A DNA stretch of 64,000 nucleotides. Source: a virus (lineage: Duplodnaviria; Caudoviricetes). Numbering within the stretch: the first letter of the stretch is position 1; each line of letters opens with the position of its first letter. The DNA lies in IMG/VR virus record IMGVR_UViG_3300035698_013326, positions 84 to 64,083 of that record; one strand, written 5' to 3'. The translations under genes and the position numbers were made by a program. The notes beneath the pieces are model-generated. The model saw only the letters and a program-made list of their open reading frames with translations, was not told where the DNA came from and made no database searches. This document shows, in pieces, positions 1 to 10,231 of this stretch.

Positions 1-700
1 GACATTTAGATCTACTACTTTGAATGCGAATTCAAACTATGCAGCGATGTACTCTGCGTGGCTTCAGATTCATGATCCGTATAATGATCTATTGATCTAT
101 GTTCCACCGTCCGGACATGCTGCGGCTCAGATGGCGTACAATGATTATGTGGCGTATACATGGTATGCTCCTGCTGGATTTGATCGTGGGCAGTTGGATG
201 TGATAACACCATCTTATGTCTTCACTGAGGGTATGCGGGATGTACTGTATCAAGCTCAGATCAATCCGATTCAGATGTTCAGAGGTGAGGGAACTGTAAT
301 TTGGGGCCAGAAGACGCTTCAAAGTAAGACATCAGCATTGAGTAGTATCAATGTGCGTCGGATGTTGATTATCTTGGAGAAGGCTATGGCTGTGTCTCTG
401 AGAGGCTTTGTGTTTGCACCGAATACTGAGGTAACTCGATTCCGAGTTACAGCTTTGTTGACAGAGTATTTAGAGCAACTGTCTACTCAGGGCGCATTCC
501 AGACTGAGACTGGAGATGGTGGGTATCAGGTTCTTTGTGATAGTAGGAATAATACCACAGCAGTTATTGACAATAAGGAACTGCGAATTGATGTGTTTGT
601 GAAGCCGGTGAGAGCTGCGGAGTTCATCCGTCTTTCAACAATTATCACACCCACAGGTGCCACTTTCGAGGAGCAGATTGATCGTGGGGCGATGTATTGA
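1..700 (+). CDS. Tail sheath protein, C-terminal part (5' truncated by window)
   Basis: Sheath C-terminal motifs WYAPAGFDRG, INPI, VIWGQKTLQ, INVRR, VKPVRAAEFI. Confidence 0.92.
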   Translation, partial: TFRSTTLNANSNYAAMYSAWLQIHDPYNDLLIYVPPSGHAAAQMAYNDYVAYTWYAPAGFDRGQLDVITPSYVFTEGMRDVLYQAQINPIQMFRGEGTVIWGQKTLQSKTSALSSINVRRMLIILEKAMAVSLRGFVFAPNTEVTRFRVTALLTEYLEQLSTQGAFQTETGDGGYQVLCDSRNNTTAVIDNKELRIDVFVKPVRAAEFIRLSTIITPTGATFEEQIDRGAMY

Positions 701-761
701 TGGATGATTACGATCATTTGTGTGTATGTGGGTGTGCTGGGGTTCACTAAGGAGGTGTGTT

Positions 762-1277
762 ATGGCTGACATGTCAGCGGATGTATTAAGAAATAACCTG
801 ACAAATCCTGCGAAGACGTATTTGTGGGAAATGCTCTTCACCAATCCGATTGGTGGTGGGGATAGTAATGTCATGGATTTGCGGTGTCAGACTACGATCA
901 TTCCGGGTCGTAGTCATGGAGAGATTTTGATTCCGTATAAGGGTACTCCTGGAATCAAGTTTCCTGGTAAGCTTGTGATGTCTCATTCGTGGGCGATGAC
1001 GTTCATTGAGGGCACAGATCGAAAGGTGTTTGATGCTCTGCATGGATGGTCGGAAGCTATCACGAATGCGCAGACAGGTATTGGTGGTCCAGACGTGGCC
1101 ATTAAGTCTGACATTTATCTGCGGTGTTTGAATATGCAGGGAGTGGTTTGGATGACAATCAAGGTGGTTGGTGCGTATGTTCAGTCTGTGGATGATGTCC
1201 CTCTGAATTACGAAGACGACACATCGATTTACTATAACGTGACGTTCAGTTACGACCGTTGGGAATTGGTGAGCTAA
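762..1277 (+). CDS. Tail tube protein (T4 gp19-like)
   Basis: Directly after sheath; GGAGG RBS before ATG 762; IPGR, W..TF and C-terminal VTFSYDRW pattern. Confidence 0.85.
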   Translation: MADMSADVLRNNLTNPAKTYLWEMLFTNPIGGGDSNVMDLRCQTTIIPGRSHGEILIPYKGTPGIKFPGKLVMSHSWAMTFIEGTDRKVFDALHGWSEAITNAQTGIGGPDVAIKSDIYLRCLNMQGVVWMTIKVVGAYVQSVDDVPLNYEDDTSIYYNVTFSYDRWELVS

Positions 1278-1952
1278 ATGGCAACTTTGGGTTTCGATTT
1301 ATCTGGTGTGGGTTTTTCAGGGCTGTCCAAGACGTGGATGCTTCAGCGCAAATACAATTGGCAGCTCTTGCTTCCCCATAATATCAATGGCAATATTGGG
1401 TTTTTCGTGTCCCAGTATTGCCAGGATATCCAGTTCGGGAACTATGGCATGGGTGCGTTGTCACAGCTGAGGTATGGTGCGTTCCAGAGGTTCTATGCTG
1501 GGATGCAAAATATCAATAAGGTTACGGCTGTCTTTTTGGCCCCAGTGGATAACTCAGTGCTGAGCTACTTCCATGGATGGTACAATTTGATGGTTGATGG
1601 GAGGGGTTTTTATTATCCAAAGGCTCATTACAGGAAGAACATGTACGTTGCAATGTATGACAGATCCTATGTGGAGTCTGTGCGGTTTGAGTTGCGGGGA
1701 GCCTTCCCTACTCAGAAGCCGTTTGTGGATTTGTCGTATGGTAATGAGGATGTTCTGAGATACGTGGTGGAGTTGTCAGTGGATCGAATTGAGATGACGA
1801 GTTTGATCGGATCTATTCGAGAGGGTATTACAAGTGTGGCTGGGGATGTGGCCACAAAAACTGTGGAATTGTTAGGTGGTGCAGGTGGTACAATCAATGG
1901 CGCGTTGACCGCATCGGGGAACGTCATTACTAGAGGAGGTCTCAACCTGTAA
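1278..1952 (+). CDS. Tail tube-like / tube initiator protein
   Basis: gp19-like C-terminal pattern (LRGAFP...LSYG...VELSVDR); position in tail operon. Confidence 0.6.
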   Translation: MATLGFDLSGVGFSGLSKTWMLQRKYNWQLLLPHNINGNIGFFVSQYCQDIQFGNYGMGALSQLRYGAFQRFYAGMQNINKVTAVFLAPVDNSVLSYFHGWYNLMVDGRGFYYPKAHYRKNMYVAMYDRSYVESVRFELRGAFPTQKPFVDLSYGNEDVLRYVVELSVDRIEMTSLIGSIREGITSVAGDVATKTVELLGGAGGTINGALTASGNVITRGGLNL

Positions 1953-1977
1953 TCACTCAAATTGACCGGAGAGAAGA

Positions 1978-2682
1978 ATGAGTGAGTATTTGCCAATTCA
2001 ATTACCGTCTAAGTGTATTCCTTATGATGTGAGTCCAGAGGCTATCAGAGTACGTCCATACATGGGTAGGGATGAGATTGTACTGTCACAGATCAATCCA
2101 GTGAACGTGGAATCGAAGTTCATACAGATCCTCCGTGATGTTGTGCAGGGGATCGAGGTGGAGAAGTTGACACTGGGTGATCGTTTGTACATCATTCTCT
2201 GGGAGTACATCAATTCATACAGCGAATATATGAAGGTGCGAACAGTTTGCACACACTGCTTTGAGTCGATTGAGCCAATGATCGATTTGAGGAAGCTGGA
2301 GCGGATTGATCTTCCCAATGAATTTGTACAGCCATATACCCTTTCTCTGCCTTCGGGAGAGTCCGTAGATCTTCGGCTTCTCACTGTGGGTGATCAGATT
2401 GAAATTGAGAAGAGAAAGGTATCGGATGGATACCTGTTCAAGTGGGCATGCTCTATAGTGTCAGATGATGATGTGCTTGGTCGTATGAATAAGCTTCGTG
2501 GGATGGGTGTTCGTGACATAGCAACTATTCGGGCTTGGCATGAGAAGAGATTTCATGGTCCGGACATGGTGACTCAGGTCCAGTGTCCACACTGTGGGGA
2601 GGAGGAAGAAGTAGAAGTACCCTTTCGACTTGACTTCCTTTTTCCGGATGGTGAAGCCCTTACAGACACTTTTGGAACGTGA
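1978..2682 (+). CDS. Baseplate hub / tail assembly chaperone (T4 gp26-like), with CxxC pairs
   Basis: LPSK start, VRPY..RDE, CTHC and CPHC motifs, DFLFP near the end; upstream of tape measure. Confidence 0.7.
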   Translation: MSEYLPIQLPSKCIPYDVSPEAIRVRPYMGRDEIVLSQINPVNVESKFIQILRDVVQGIEVEKLTLGDRLYIILWEYINSYSEYMKVRTVCTHCFESIEPMIDLRKLERIDLPNEFVQPYTLSLPSGESVDLRLLTVGDQIEIEKRKVSDGYLFKWACSIVSDDDVLGRMNKLRGMGVRDIATIRAWHEKRFHGPDMVTQVQCPHCGEEEEVEVPFRLDFLFPDGEALTDTFGT

Positions 2683-2815
2683 GTTTCGGCTGTGCTACGA
2701 TGTCCCTGGTTTTACTCTTAGGGATCTTAGGAATACAAGTTCAAGGATGTTGGATTGGTTTTATGGCAGGCTCATGAAGCAGATTCAGGATGAGAACGAA
2801 CGGAATAAGGGATAA
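2648..2815 (+). CDS. Small tail/hub assembly protein (gp51-like or frameshift extension of the upstream gene)
   Basis: Overlaps the upstream gene in the +1 frame; no clear RBS; typical chaperone-extension position before tape measure. Confidence 0.5.
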   Translation: MVKPLQTLLEREFRLCYDVPGFTLRDLRNTSSRMLDWFYGRLMKQIQDENERNKG

Positions 2816-2818
2816 GGC

Positions 2819-4378
2819 ATGATTCGAAAGCAGCGATTCTATTACGAGAACATGTTTGGTGTGGATCAATATAGCATGAAGACGCTGAGGGCCATTCACG
2901 CTAAGTACACTAGGGATTACTTGATATTTTTCAAGTCCCTCTCTAAGATGTATGGGCCTAGTCCACAGAAACGCGAAATCGATGATGCTCTATCCTTGAT
3001 CCAGAAGGTTCGTGGGATCATTGAAAGTATTCTTCAGAGCAAGTCTATCGACAGGGCAGATGCTAAGAGCCTGTACGAGTTGACAGAGCAAATCGAGGAG
3101 AAGAAGCAGAATATGTTAGAACAGGCGTCTCAGGTTAAGGCGCTGAGGGATAGATTGGATAAGATTCAGAGTGAAGTTGGTCTTTCTGCCAATGATCTCA
3201 ATGTAACGCGCCAGATCGTCCGTAGGGGCGTTAAGCAGGCAGTGGGGCAGCAGAGGGAGGGGGCCATGGACTTTTTGTCCAGAGCGGCTCCTGGGACGCT
3301 AGAATTGGGTCGTAAGTTCGCACGTGGTTCGGCTGCGGTGTTGGCGGGTCCATTTGCCCCATTATTGGGTGCTGGGTATGGGGCTGCAAAGGGTGTGGCG
3401 GGCGTTGCCAAGGGGCTCCGTCAGAAGATGCGGGAACGTCAGGAGCGTAAGCTTGGTGGGCGTCTTCGCACGTATACGCCGTCTGAGGACGTGGAGGGTG
3501 TTTCGCGGGCTCGTGGAGCAGGCACTCCACTCGCCGGAATCTCTGGTATGGTGGAACAGCAGGTAAAGAGAAGTATGGGAATTGAACCAGGGACAGGAAA
3601 GGGCCGTGATGTTAATAAGTCCTTGATGGATTTCTGGAGTAAGGGCGCATATCGGGCGAAGTACACAAAAGAGTTGCTGAGTGTGCTGAAGAGTGGTTTG
3701 GGTAAGGGCAGTAAGGTTGGTGGCATCAAGAACAGTTTGTTGGATGCTGCGGATGACTTTATGATTCTTGGCGTTTCAATGCTTCCTTTGTTGGGCAAGA
3801 TAGGGAAGTTTGCCGCATTGGCGATAGCCATTGGGTGGTCAACAAAGCAGATGGTGGGTCTTGGTAAGGCATCAATTGATTACGCGAAGTCTAAGAAAAT
3901 TGAGAAAAATGCTACTGATGCATACGCAGCTTCTGTCACTCAGCATATGAAGTTGATGAAGGATGTGGGCATTAATGAGTATGCGAGGATGATGGGGCAG
4001 TCTGTTGATGAGGCTGCGAAGAGTTTGGTGGAGAAGGAGCGGAAGCTAAGTCGCAAGAGGCAGATGGCACAGCCTTTCCACAAAAAGGTTGCCACGAGAT
4101 TGAATGTGGAGCTATTGGGTGGGAGAGATCCATTCGAGGATGTTCCGGAAGATATCAGAACGAAGCAAATTATCCGTGAGGGTGGTGGGACAGCAGGTGG
4201 GGCTGCTAGGGCCATTGAGGAACAAACACAGAAGTGGGCAGAGTTGGTAGAGGCTATTAAGGCTGCGGCAAATCGTATGGATGGTGGTTCCACATCTGTT
4301 GTGGTGCCTCCGAATGTGCATGATGCTGGTGATGCTCTGACCACTGGGCATGGGAATGGTTTGGAGATGGGAGACTGA
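2819..4378 (+). CDS. Putative tape measure protein
   Basis: 519 aa, helical, Ala/Gly/Lys-rich with hydrophobic stretches; lies between chaperone and baseplate genes. Confidence 0.65.
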   Translation: MIRKQRFYYENMFGVDQYSMKTLRAIHAKYTRDYLIFFKSLSKMYGPSPQKREIDDALSLIQKVRGIIESILQSKSIDRADAKSLYELTEQIEEKKQNMLEQASQVKALRDRLDKIQSEVGLSANDLNVTRQIVRRGVKQAVGQQREGAMDFLSRAAPGTLELGRKFARGSAAVLAGPFAPLLGAGYGAAKGVAGVAKGLRQKMRERQERKLGGRLRTYTPSEDVEGVSRARGAGTPLAGISGMVEQQVKRSMGIEPGTGKGRDVNKSLMDFWSKGAYRAKYTKELLSVLKSGLGKGSKVGGIKNSLLDAADDFMILGVSMLPLLGKIGKFAALAIAIGWSTKQMVGLGKASIDYAKSKKIEKNATDAYAASVTQHMKLMKDVGINEYARMMGQSVDEAAKSLVEKERKLSRKRQMAQPFHKKVATRLNVELLGGRDPFEDVPEDIRTKQIIREGGGTAGGAARAIEEQTQKWAELVEAIKAAANRMDGGSTSVVVPPNVHDAGDALTTGHGNGLEMGD

Positions 4379-4380
4379 TC

Positions 4381-5241
4381 ATGGCTGATCCTAGAGATAT
4401 CAATCCAATCTCTCCTGGGGAGAGAACGGTTAAGAATGTGGACTTAAGACCAGAGTCTACAATTTTTTCAGAGGATGTGGGTAGCAGAGCAGGCCAGCCT
4501 ACAGGGCAAAAGGGGATGGCGATTTATGGTCATCAGGCAGATGGGGATGTGGTTCCCGATGCATATAAGGTGAAAATCACTTCGTATAGAAACAATGTGA
4601 GGATCATTGGATTGATGCAGGATGATATTCAGATGAAGGTGGCGTCCCGTTGGGAGTCTATTGTTCCTCAGAATGTATCCAGCATTGGCAATATAGCGAC
4701 ACAGGCTATTACGAAGGGAGAGAAGTCGTTTATTTCCAAGGCGACAAGTCGAAGGATTTGGGCTGGAGTGTCACCTATCATAATGTCATTGAATCTTAGG
4801 TTTGAGGCAGTGGATAATGCGAAAAAGCAGGTGGTCGATCCTTGTAGAATCCTTCAGTCTTTGGCGCTGCCTTCAGAGCCTTCTTCTGATCCAAACAGGG
4901 CAATAAGTAAGGTTCCGCTTCTAGGTCCTCCAGGCCCTACTCCGTTTGTGTTGGAGACATTGGGGACGTATAGGAGATCGAATCAGGCTATCCAGCAACC
5001 TCCGGATTCTTTCAATGACCTTCGGGGCGGTGAGTTGATTGTTGTGGAGCTGGGAAGTTTCATTACCTTCTGGAATGTGATCGTGTCGGAGGTGGCTGTA
5101 TCGGTGCCTCCGAAGTTCACTGAGAATGGCAATCCTATTAGTGCTACTGTCACTATTGTATTTGAAACGTATGAGATGCCGACAGTGGAAAGTTTGCAGT
5201 CGGCCTATCATAGGGCGTCTCTGGTGGAGAGGACTGAGTAA
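4381..5241 (+). CDS. Putative baseplate/tube initiator protein
   Basis: C-terminal NVIVSEV...GNPISATVTIVFET pattern; synteny. Confidence 0.55.
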   Translation: MADPRDINPISPGERTVKNVDLRPESTIFSEDVGSRAGQPTGQKGMAIYGHQADGDVVPDAYKVKITSYRNNVRIIGLMQDDIQMKVASRWESIVPQNVSSIGNIATQAITKGEKSFISKATSRRIWAGVSPIIMSLNLRFEAVDNAKKQVVDPCRILQSLALPSEPSSDPNRAISKVPLLGPPGPTPFVLETLGTYRRSNQAIQQPPDSFNDLRGGELIVVELGSFITFWNVIVSEVAVSVPPKFTENGNPISATVTIVFETYEMPTVESLQSAYHRASLVERTE

Positions 5242-5552
5242 TGGATCGATCAAAATTCTATCAGAAGTTTACAGTGGATGGGACTTTGCAGTTGGATTTT
5301 CTATACAATCCTCTATCCAAGTTTAAGATGATCTACGATCCGGATTACTATCGGGTGATGGGTGAGGATGATATGCGTTCGGACAAAATTTCCAAGAAGA
5401 TGTATGGGACTGTGGAGTTCTGGTGGGTATTAATGTTGGTGAATGATATCTCCAATCCACTGGTGGACATCGATTTGGGAACTGTGTTGATTATACCGAA
5501 TCGTATTGATATCTATAATTTTCAGAAGAAGTACAGACTTCGGAGATCATAG
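5241..5552 (+). CDS. Baseplate wedge protein (T4 gp53/LysM-like)
   Basis: R.D.IS...YG....WWVLMLVN.I.NP...G..L.IP signature. Confidence 0.85.
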   Translation: MDRSKFYQKFTVDGTLQLDFLYNPLSKFKMIYDPDYYRVMGEDDMRSDKISKKMYGTVEFWWVLMLVNDISNPLVDIDLGTVLIIPNRIDIYNFQKKYRLRRS

Positions 5553-5554
5553 CA

Positions 5555-6727
5555 GTGAACTTTTCAGGTAATTACACTTTGAATCTGACTATAGGGGGTA
5601 AGACAGTTCCGGTCTTTCCTCAGATGATACAGGAGATGACGATTGCATTAGATATTGATCGTCTTCTTCCATCATTCAAGATGGTTCTCAGCGATGCGAC
5701 TCATATTCTTAGTGAGGTGGCTCCATATGATAAGACAGCGAATGTTATTGGGCTGGAATTCACTAGGAGTGAGGACCTGTCTTATTTGAATCGTTTTGAG
5801 TTCGAGGTGAAGCGCAGAAGAATTTTGAATGGTGATACATATGAGGTGGAGGGGCTCTTGAGGGTTCCGACACTGTTGACGAAGCAGAGGAGTCGGGTTT
5901 TTACTGGCAATCTGAAGAGCCAGTTGGAGTCTATGGCGAATTTGGACTTGGGGATTAAAAAGACAGAGATTGGATCTTCACTTTCCATTGATAAAACGTT
6001 TGTGCAGCCGAGTTGGACGGATGCGAAGATGCTCCAGTATTTGAAGGATAACTTGCTGGGTAGTGATGGTGAGGCTGGGTATTATTGCTTTATCAAGAAT
6101 GTGCTTGGTGAGCAGGTGTTGACGTTCAAGAGTATTAATGAGTTGTTTATGGCTCCTGTGGCAGCTAACTTGATTGTTGGGCATAAATCCTTTGAGGATT
6201 TCATTCCAGTCACGGACCATCGAATCTATGACAATTCTCAGCTTCTGGCTGACTTTGGTGCTTCACAGCAGTCGTACAGTTATTGGGATTATGAGAATGG
6301 GACATGTGTGACAGGATCTGTGAGCTTGGATGATTGTCCTGCTTTGAGTGATTTCTTTTTGGTTGACAGTGATCGTGAGGCGGACAGTTTGACGCTTTTG
6401 GGGTCGGGGAGATCGAATGATTTTTCACCGAATTTTCAGGGACGTATTCGGAACATGTTCTATCGAAAGAATACGGAAGCAATCCACATGTGGGCGTCTA
6501 CGTGGGGTGTTGAGAATTTGTCTCCAGGTAACTTGGTGAAGGTCATCTTTAGTGATGCGATGGGTCATGGTGAGTTGTTCGTGTATCAGAATTCTGGGTA
6601 TTGGATGGTGAAGCGCGTTGTCCATCTTCTGGGATCTACGTTCATGTCTAATCTTTTGCTGACTAGATGTGGAATTGATACGGACAACGACACAACTCTA
6701 CAAGAGTCTGTTCTAAGGAAGAGATGA
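5555..6727 (+). CDS. Baseplate hub protein (gp27/gpD-like)
   Basis: C-terminal L.PG..V, SGYWMVKRVVH; precedes the spike gene. Confidence 0.7.
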   Translation: MNFSGNYTLNLTIGGKTVPVFPQMIQEMTIALDIDRLLPSFKMVLSDATHILSEVAPYDKTANVIGLEFTRSEDLSYLNRFEFEVKRRRILNGDTYEVEGLLRVPTLLTKQRSRVFTGNLKSQLESMANLDLGIKKTEIGSSLSIDKTFVQPSWTDAKMLQYLKDNLLGSDGEAGYYCFIKNVLGEQVLTFKSINELFMAPVAANLIVGHKSFEDFIPVTDHRIYDNSQLLADFGASQQSYSYWDYENGTCVTGSVSLDDCPALSDFFLVDSDREADSLTLLGSGRSNDFSPNFQGRIRNMFYRKNTEAIHMWASTWGVENLSPGNLVKVIFSDAMGHGELFVYQNSGYWMVKRVVHLLGSTFMSNLLLTRCGIDTDNDTTLQESVLRKR

Positions 6728-7284
6728 TGAATATTAAGAAGAGCACGTGGAAGGTTGGTGGGTTTCTTAGGGGCATTGTGAAAGACAATGCTGATCCTAA
6801 GCAGCAGGGGCGGGTTCGTGTTTGTGTTCCGGTATTGTTTGAGGGAATAGACACTCAGTATCTGCCGTGGGCTGTGCCTGCAATGCCTTTCTCATTTGGT
6901 GGTGGTGCAGGGTTGGGGCATGGCGCGTTCTGTGTGCCTGAGGTGGATTCTACAGTCTGGTGCTTCTTTGAGGGTGGAGACTACAATCAGCCGGTGTATT
7001 TTGCAGCTGCGCCTGATGGTGTGCATGGGCTTCCGACAGAAAGGACTACAAATTATCCGGATCGTCGGGTTACAAAGACTCCTAATGGTATTGTGATCTA
7101 TGTGGATGATACATCGGGCGTTGTGCGATTGACTCATTCTACTGGAAATTATGTTCAGATGGATGGAAGTGGGAGTGTGACAATAGATGCTTCTAACGTG
7201 ACTATAAATGCTAGTGGGAAGATAGATGTGACTGCTGTTGGTGATGTCACAGTAACTGGGGCTAAGGTAGATTTGAATCCGTAG
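6724..7284 (+). CDS. Baseplate spike (gp5/gpV OB-fold plus short beta-helix)
   Basis: GIV.DN.DP...GRVRV.VP, LPWA.P, VPE..S.VW.FFEGGD...PVY. Confidence 0.9.
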   Translation: MMNIKKSTWKVGGFLRGIVKDNADPKQQGRVRVCVPVLFEGIDTQYLPWAVPAMPFSFGGGAGLGHGAFCVPEVDSTVWCFFEGGDYNQPVYFAAAPDGVHGLPTERTTNYPDRRVTKTPNGIVIYVDDTSGVVRLTHSTGNYVQMDGSGSVTIDASNVTINASGKIDVTAVGDVTVTGAKVDLNP

Positions 7285-7292
7285 GTATAATC

Positions 7293-9656
7293 ATGGCTTA
7301 TACATTTGCAAATTTTTCATATGGAGAATTGGCATCTGATATTTCAGATGCTGCGCTTCAAATTACTCTGGTTTCAGGGAATAGTGTTCCTATATCAGGT
7401 AGTGTGATACTGGTGGTGTGGGATATGGATACCTTTCCTAATCCAGCAGATGATGCTAATACAGAAATCATGGTGGCTGTTTACTCTGGGTCTGGGGAGG
7501 TTTTCAACGTTCAAAGAGGTCAGGAGTCTACTGTTGCAGTTTCTCATAGCTCTGGGAATCAGGTTGCTTTGCATATGACCGCAGGGGCATTGAATAGTGA
7601 GCGGCTTGTGATAGGTTCACAGACAGTTGATGAGGCATTAAAGGGTGATGGAAAAGTGTTAGTTGCCTCTGGTGCAAATTTGGTGTATGGTGGACATGAT
7701 GATTTGAGTGGGTATGTGGTTGATGAGCATGTGGCACATTCTGGTGTGTCTGTCATAGCAGGTGCGGATCTTACAGGTGGTGGAACAATAGATTCCGATG
7801 TTACATTGAATGTCGATCCTGCATCGGGTGCGAATTGGGATACGGCATATGGTCATTCTTTATTGGCGGCTGGAAATCCTCATATAGTGACACCGACAGA
7901 GCTATCTCTAGTCATAGGCACAGATGTTCAAGCATGGGATACTCAGTTAGATGATATAGCAGCACTAGCTTTTACTGACGGCAATTTCATCGTCGGGGAT
8001 GGAAACAACTGGGTTGCTGAATCCGGGAATACGGCTAGAACTTCCCTCGGTCTGGGGACGACGGACAGCCCGACATTTGCTGGACTTACAATAACAAATG
8101 AAACCTTGTCTTTTACTGAAAGTTATAGTTGCCTAGATATTAATGTCACGAAGACAGATGGGGCATCCGACGCCAATGATAAGTACAATGGCACGGATAT
8201 TCTGGTAGAGCTAAATCAAGCCGGTGGAATGGTAGGCTATTTCAAGGGTTTGAATGTCACCACTAAACTAAGTGTCGGTGAGGTGGGTGATACAGATAAC
8301 TTCCGATCCATTTATGGTCAATACGTGAAGACTGATCTCAATGGCGGAAAAATCTGGGGCGATGCTTATGGTCTTCAATTTGTCGTAGACCAAGAAGCTG
8401 CTAACGAAGTTACTGGTGACGTGTTTGCGATGCGGCTTCTGACAGACTGTGACGGAACAGTAGGCGGGACTGTATACAACCTATACATGTCAGAGGGCAA
8501 CAACGTAGACTATGGTATTTATAATGGTGGGGCCGCTGATAATTACCTTGCTGGCAAGCTAGGGATAGGGATTAACGCCCCGCTAGCTAAGCTAGATGTA
8601 GTCGGGGACGCAAGATTCGGGGACAGTGCGACTAATTACGTCAGTATCTCTGGTTCAGGCGTTATGGCATTTACTGGGGCAGCATATATAGGCGGGGATG
8701 TGGGAATTGGACAAATTGGGCCTTTGAGCAGGTTGCACGTATCTAAGAGTGATAATACTGCTGCTATAAATTGGATGGGTCAGCTTCACAACACATGGGC
8801 AGCATCAGATATGGGCGGCACTGGAGTAGGTCTAAAGCTCAAGACGTATTCCTACGGGACTTCTGGGCTAAAGTTGAATAAGTGGACTGGCATAGCATCC
8901 GAAAGTCAATCATTGCCTACGTATGGCAAAAGAGTAGATCAAGTTTTCTATACTGTGGCGAATGCGGATGTGGATGTTCCTACTGAAAAAATGCGACTCA
9001 CTGGGCCGGGCTTGTTGGGTATCGGAGTTACTGCACCATTGGCTACTCTCGATGTGGTGGGGGATACAAGATTAGGCGACAGTGTTACTAACTATCTTGC
9101 TGTTTCTGCTATTGGCGTAGTCACATTTCATGGCACTAGTAGGGCTACTGTAGATCAATGGATTGATGCGGGAGGTATTAAGGCACCGGGGGCTAAGCCT
9201 CCTGTTGAAATAGCTTTCGGCATACTAGAAACTCCAGCATGGCAGTTTGGTAATGAAGCTATTGCTGGCAACCAAGAGTATGTCACCTTCAGTATAAAAT
9301 TTCCAGAAGACATGGATAAATCTGTTGCTCCGGCTATGTGTGCTGGGTGGAGTGCTGATGGGATAAGTCCCGGTAATTGTGAATGGGAACTAACGTATCT
9401 TTATACTGCATTGGGAGAAGATACTGGAGCGGCTGCTCAAGATACTGACACTGTAACTGTTGCGGCGTCTGCCATTGCTGATGGGTTGATTATTTCTTCA
9501 TTCAATGGTATGGACGTTGCTGGTGCTGCCGATGTCTGTCTTCATGGGAAATTAAGACGACTTTCTGCTGGTGCTAACGATACGATTGCAGATACCGTAG
9601 AGTTACATGGTATCTCTATGACTTATACTCTGAATAAACTTGGAGCTGCTATTTAG
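7293..9656 (+). CDS. Tail fibre / virion structural protein with internal repeats
   Basis: 787 aa Gly/Thr/Asp-rich; N-terminal RGQE.T....H..G motif; repeated GIG..APLA.LDVVGD. Confidence 0.7.
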   Translation: MAYTFANFSYGELASDISDAALQITLVSGNSVPISGSVILVVWDMDTFPNPADDANTEIMVAVYSGSGEVFNVQRGQESTVAVSHSSGNQVALHMTAGALNSERLVIGSQTVDEALKGDGKVLVASGANLVYGGHDDLSGYVVDEHVAHSGVSVIAGADLTGGGTIDSDVTLNVDPASGANWDTAYGHSLLAAGNPHIVTPTELSLVIGTDVQAWDTQLDDIAALAFTDGNFIVGDGNNWVAESGNTARTSLGLGTTDSPTFAGLTITNETLSFTESYSCLDINVTKTDGASDANDKYNGTDILVELNQAGGMVGYFKGLNVTTKLSVGEVGDTDNFRSIYGQYVKTDLNGGKIWGDAYGLQFVVDQEAANEVTGDVFAMRLLTDCDGTVGGTVYNLYMSEGNNVDYGIYNGGAADNYLAGKLGIGINAPLAKLDVVGDARFGDSATNYVSISGSGVMAFTGAAYIGGDVGIGQIGPLSRLHVSKSDNTAAINWMGQLHNTWAASDMGGTGVGLKLKTYSYGTSGLKLNKWTGIASESQSLPTYGKRVDQVFYTVANADVDVPTEKMRLTGPGLLGIGVTAPLATLDVVGDTRLGDSVTNYLAVSAIGVVTFHGTSRATVDQWIDAGGIKAPGAKPPVEIAFGILETPAWQFGNEAIAGNQEYVTFSIKFPEDMDKSVAPAMCAGWSADGISPGNCEWELTYLYTALGEDTGAAAQDTDTVTVAASAIADGLIISSFNGMDVAGAADVCLHGKLRRLSAGANDTIADTVELHGISMTYTLNKLGAAI

Positions 9657-9710
9657 TTGATCTGTCAGAATTCGATGTTAGATGACAACATACTTATGTA
9701 AGGGGTCAGG

Positions 9711-9902
9711 ATGAAAATTATCGTAGATGAAGAAGCGAAAAAATTGGTTCATCAGCTTTGTGATGTGACCTTGAAGGCAGTCGGGCTCCAGAGTATAAAT
9801 TCTGTGACTACTGTGTTGCAATGCATGGAAAATTATGTTTCCCCGGTTTCTGTTGAACCAGAGGCAGTTCCTGCTGAGCCTGAGGTAGTTTCCAATGAGT
9901 AG
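9711..9902 (+). CDS. Small hypothetical protein (possible fibre chaperone)
   Basis: 63 aa ORF with AAGGGG RBS, in operon. Confidence 0.55.
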   Translation: MKIIVDEEAKKLVHQLCDVTLKAVGLQSINSVTTVLQCMENYVSPVSVEPEAVPAEPEVVSNE

Positions 9903-10227
9903 GTTTGGTACATTTCTGTTTGGGGCGACAGAGTTCCTCCGAAGATTAGTTGGGGGAAGTCGGAATGTTGCCTGTGTTGGTGATGCCAGTTCGCATGGGG
10001 GCACAATTATAATATCTGGACAGGATGGTACGGTTTTTGCAGCAGGCGCTGTAATAGCAGTTCAGGGCGCATTGCATTCCTGTCCTCGTAAGGACCATGG
10101 GGTGACTCCTATTACCCCTGTGATCACTAAGACGTTCATCAATGGTAAGCTATTGATTACAGCTGGGGCAGTTGCAGGTTGTGGTGCAAAAATGAATCCG
10201 CCGGATCGGAAAGTATATGCGGGGTGA
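9895..10227 (+). CDS. PAAR-family spike tip protein
   Basis: VACVGD..SHGG, HSCP...HG, INGK, GCGA metal-binding pattern. Confidence 0.85.
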   Translation: MSRFGTFLFGATEFLRRLVGGSRNVACVGDASSHGGTIIISGQDGTVFAAGAVIAVQGALHSCPRKDHGVTPITPVITKTFINGKLLITAGAVAGCGAKMNPPDRKVYAG

Positions 10228-10231
10228 TGAT

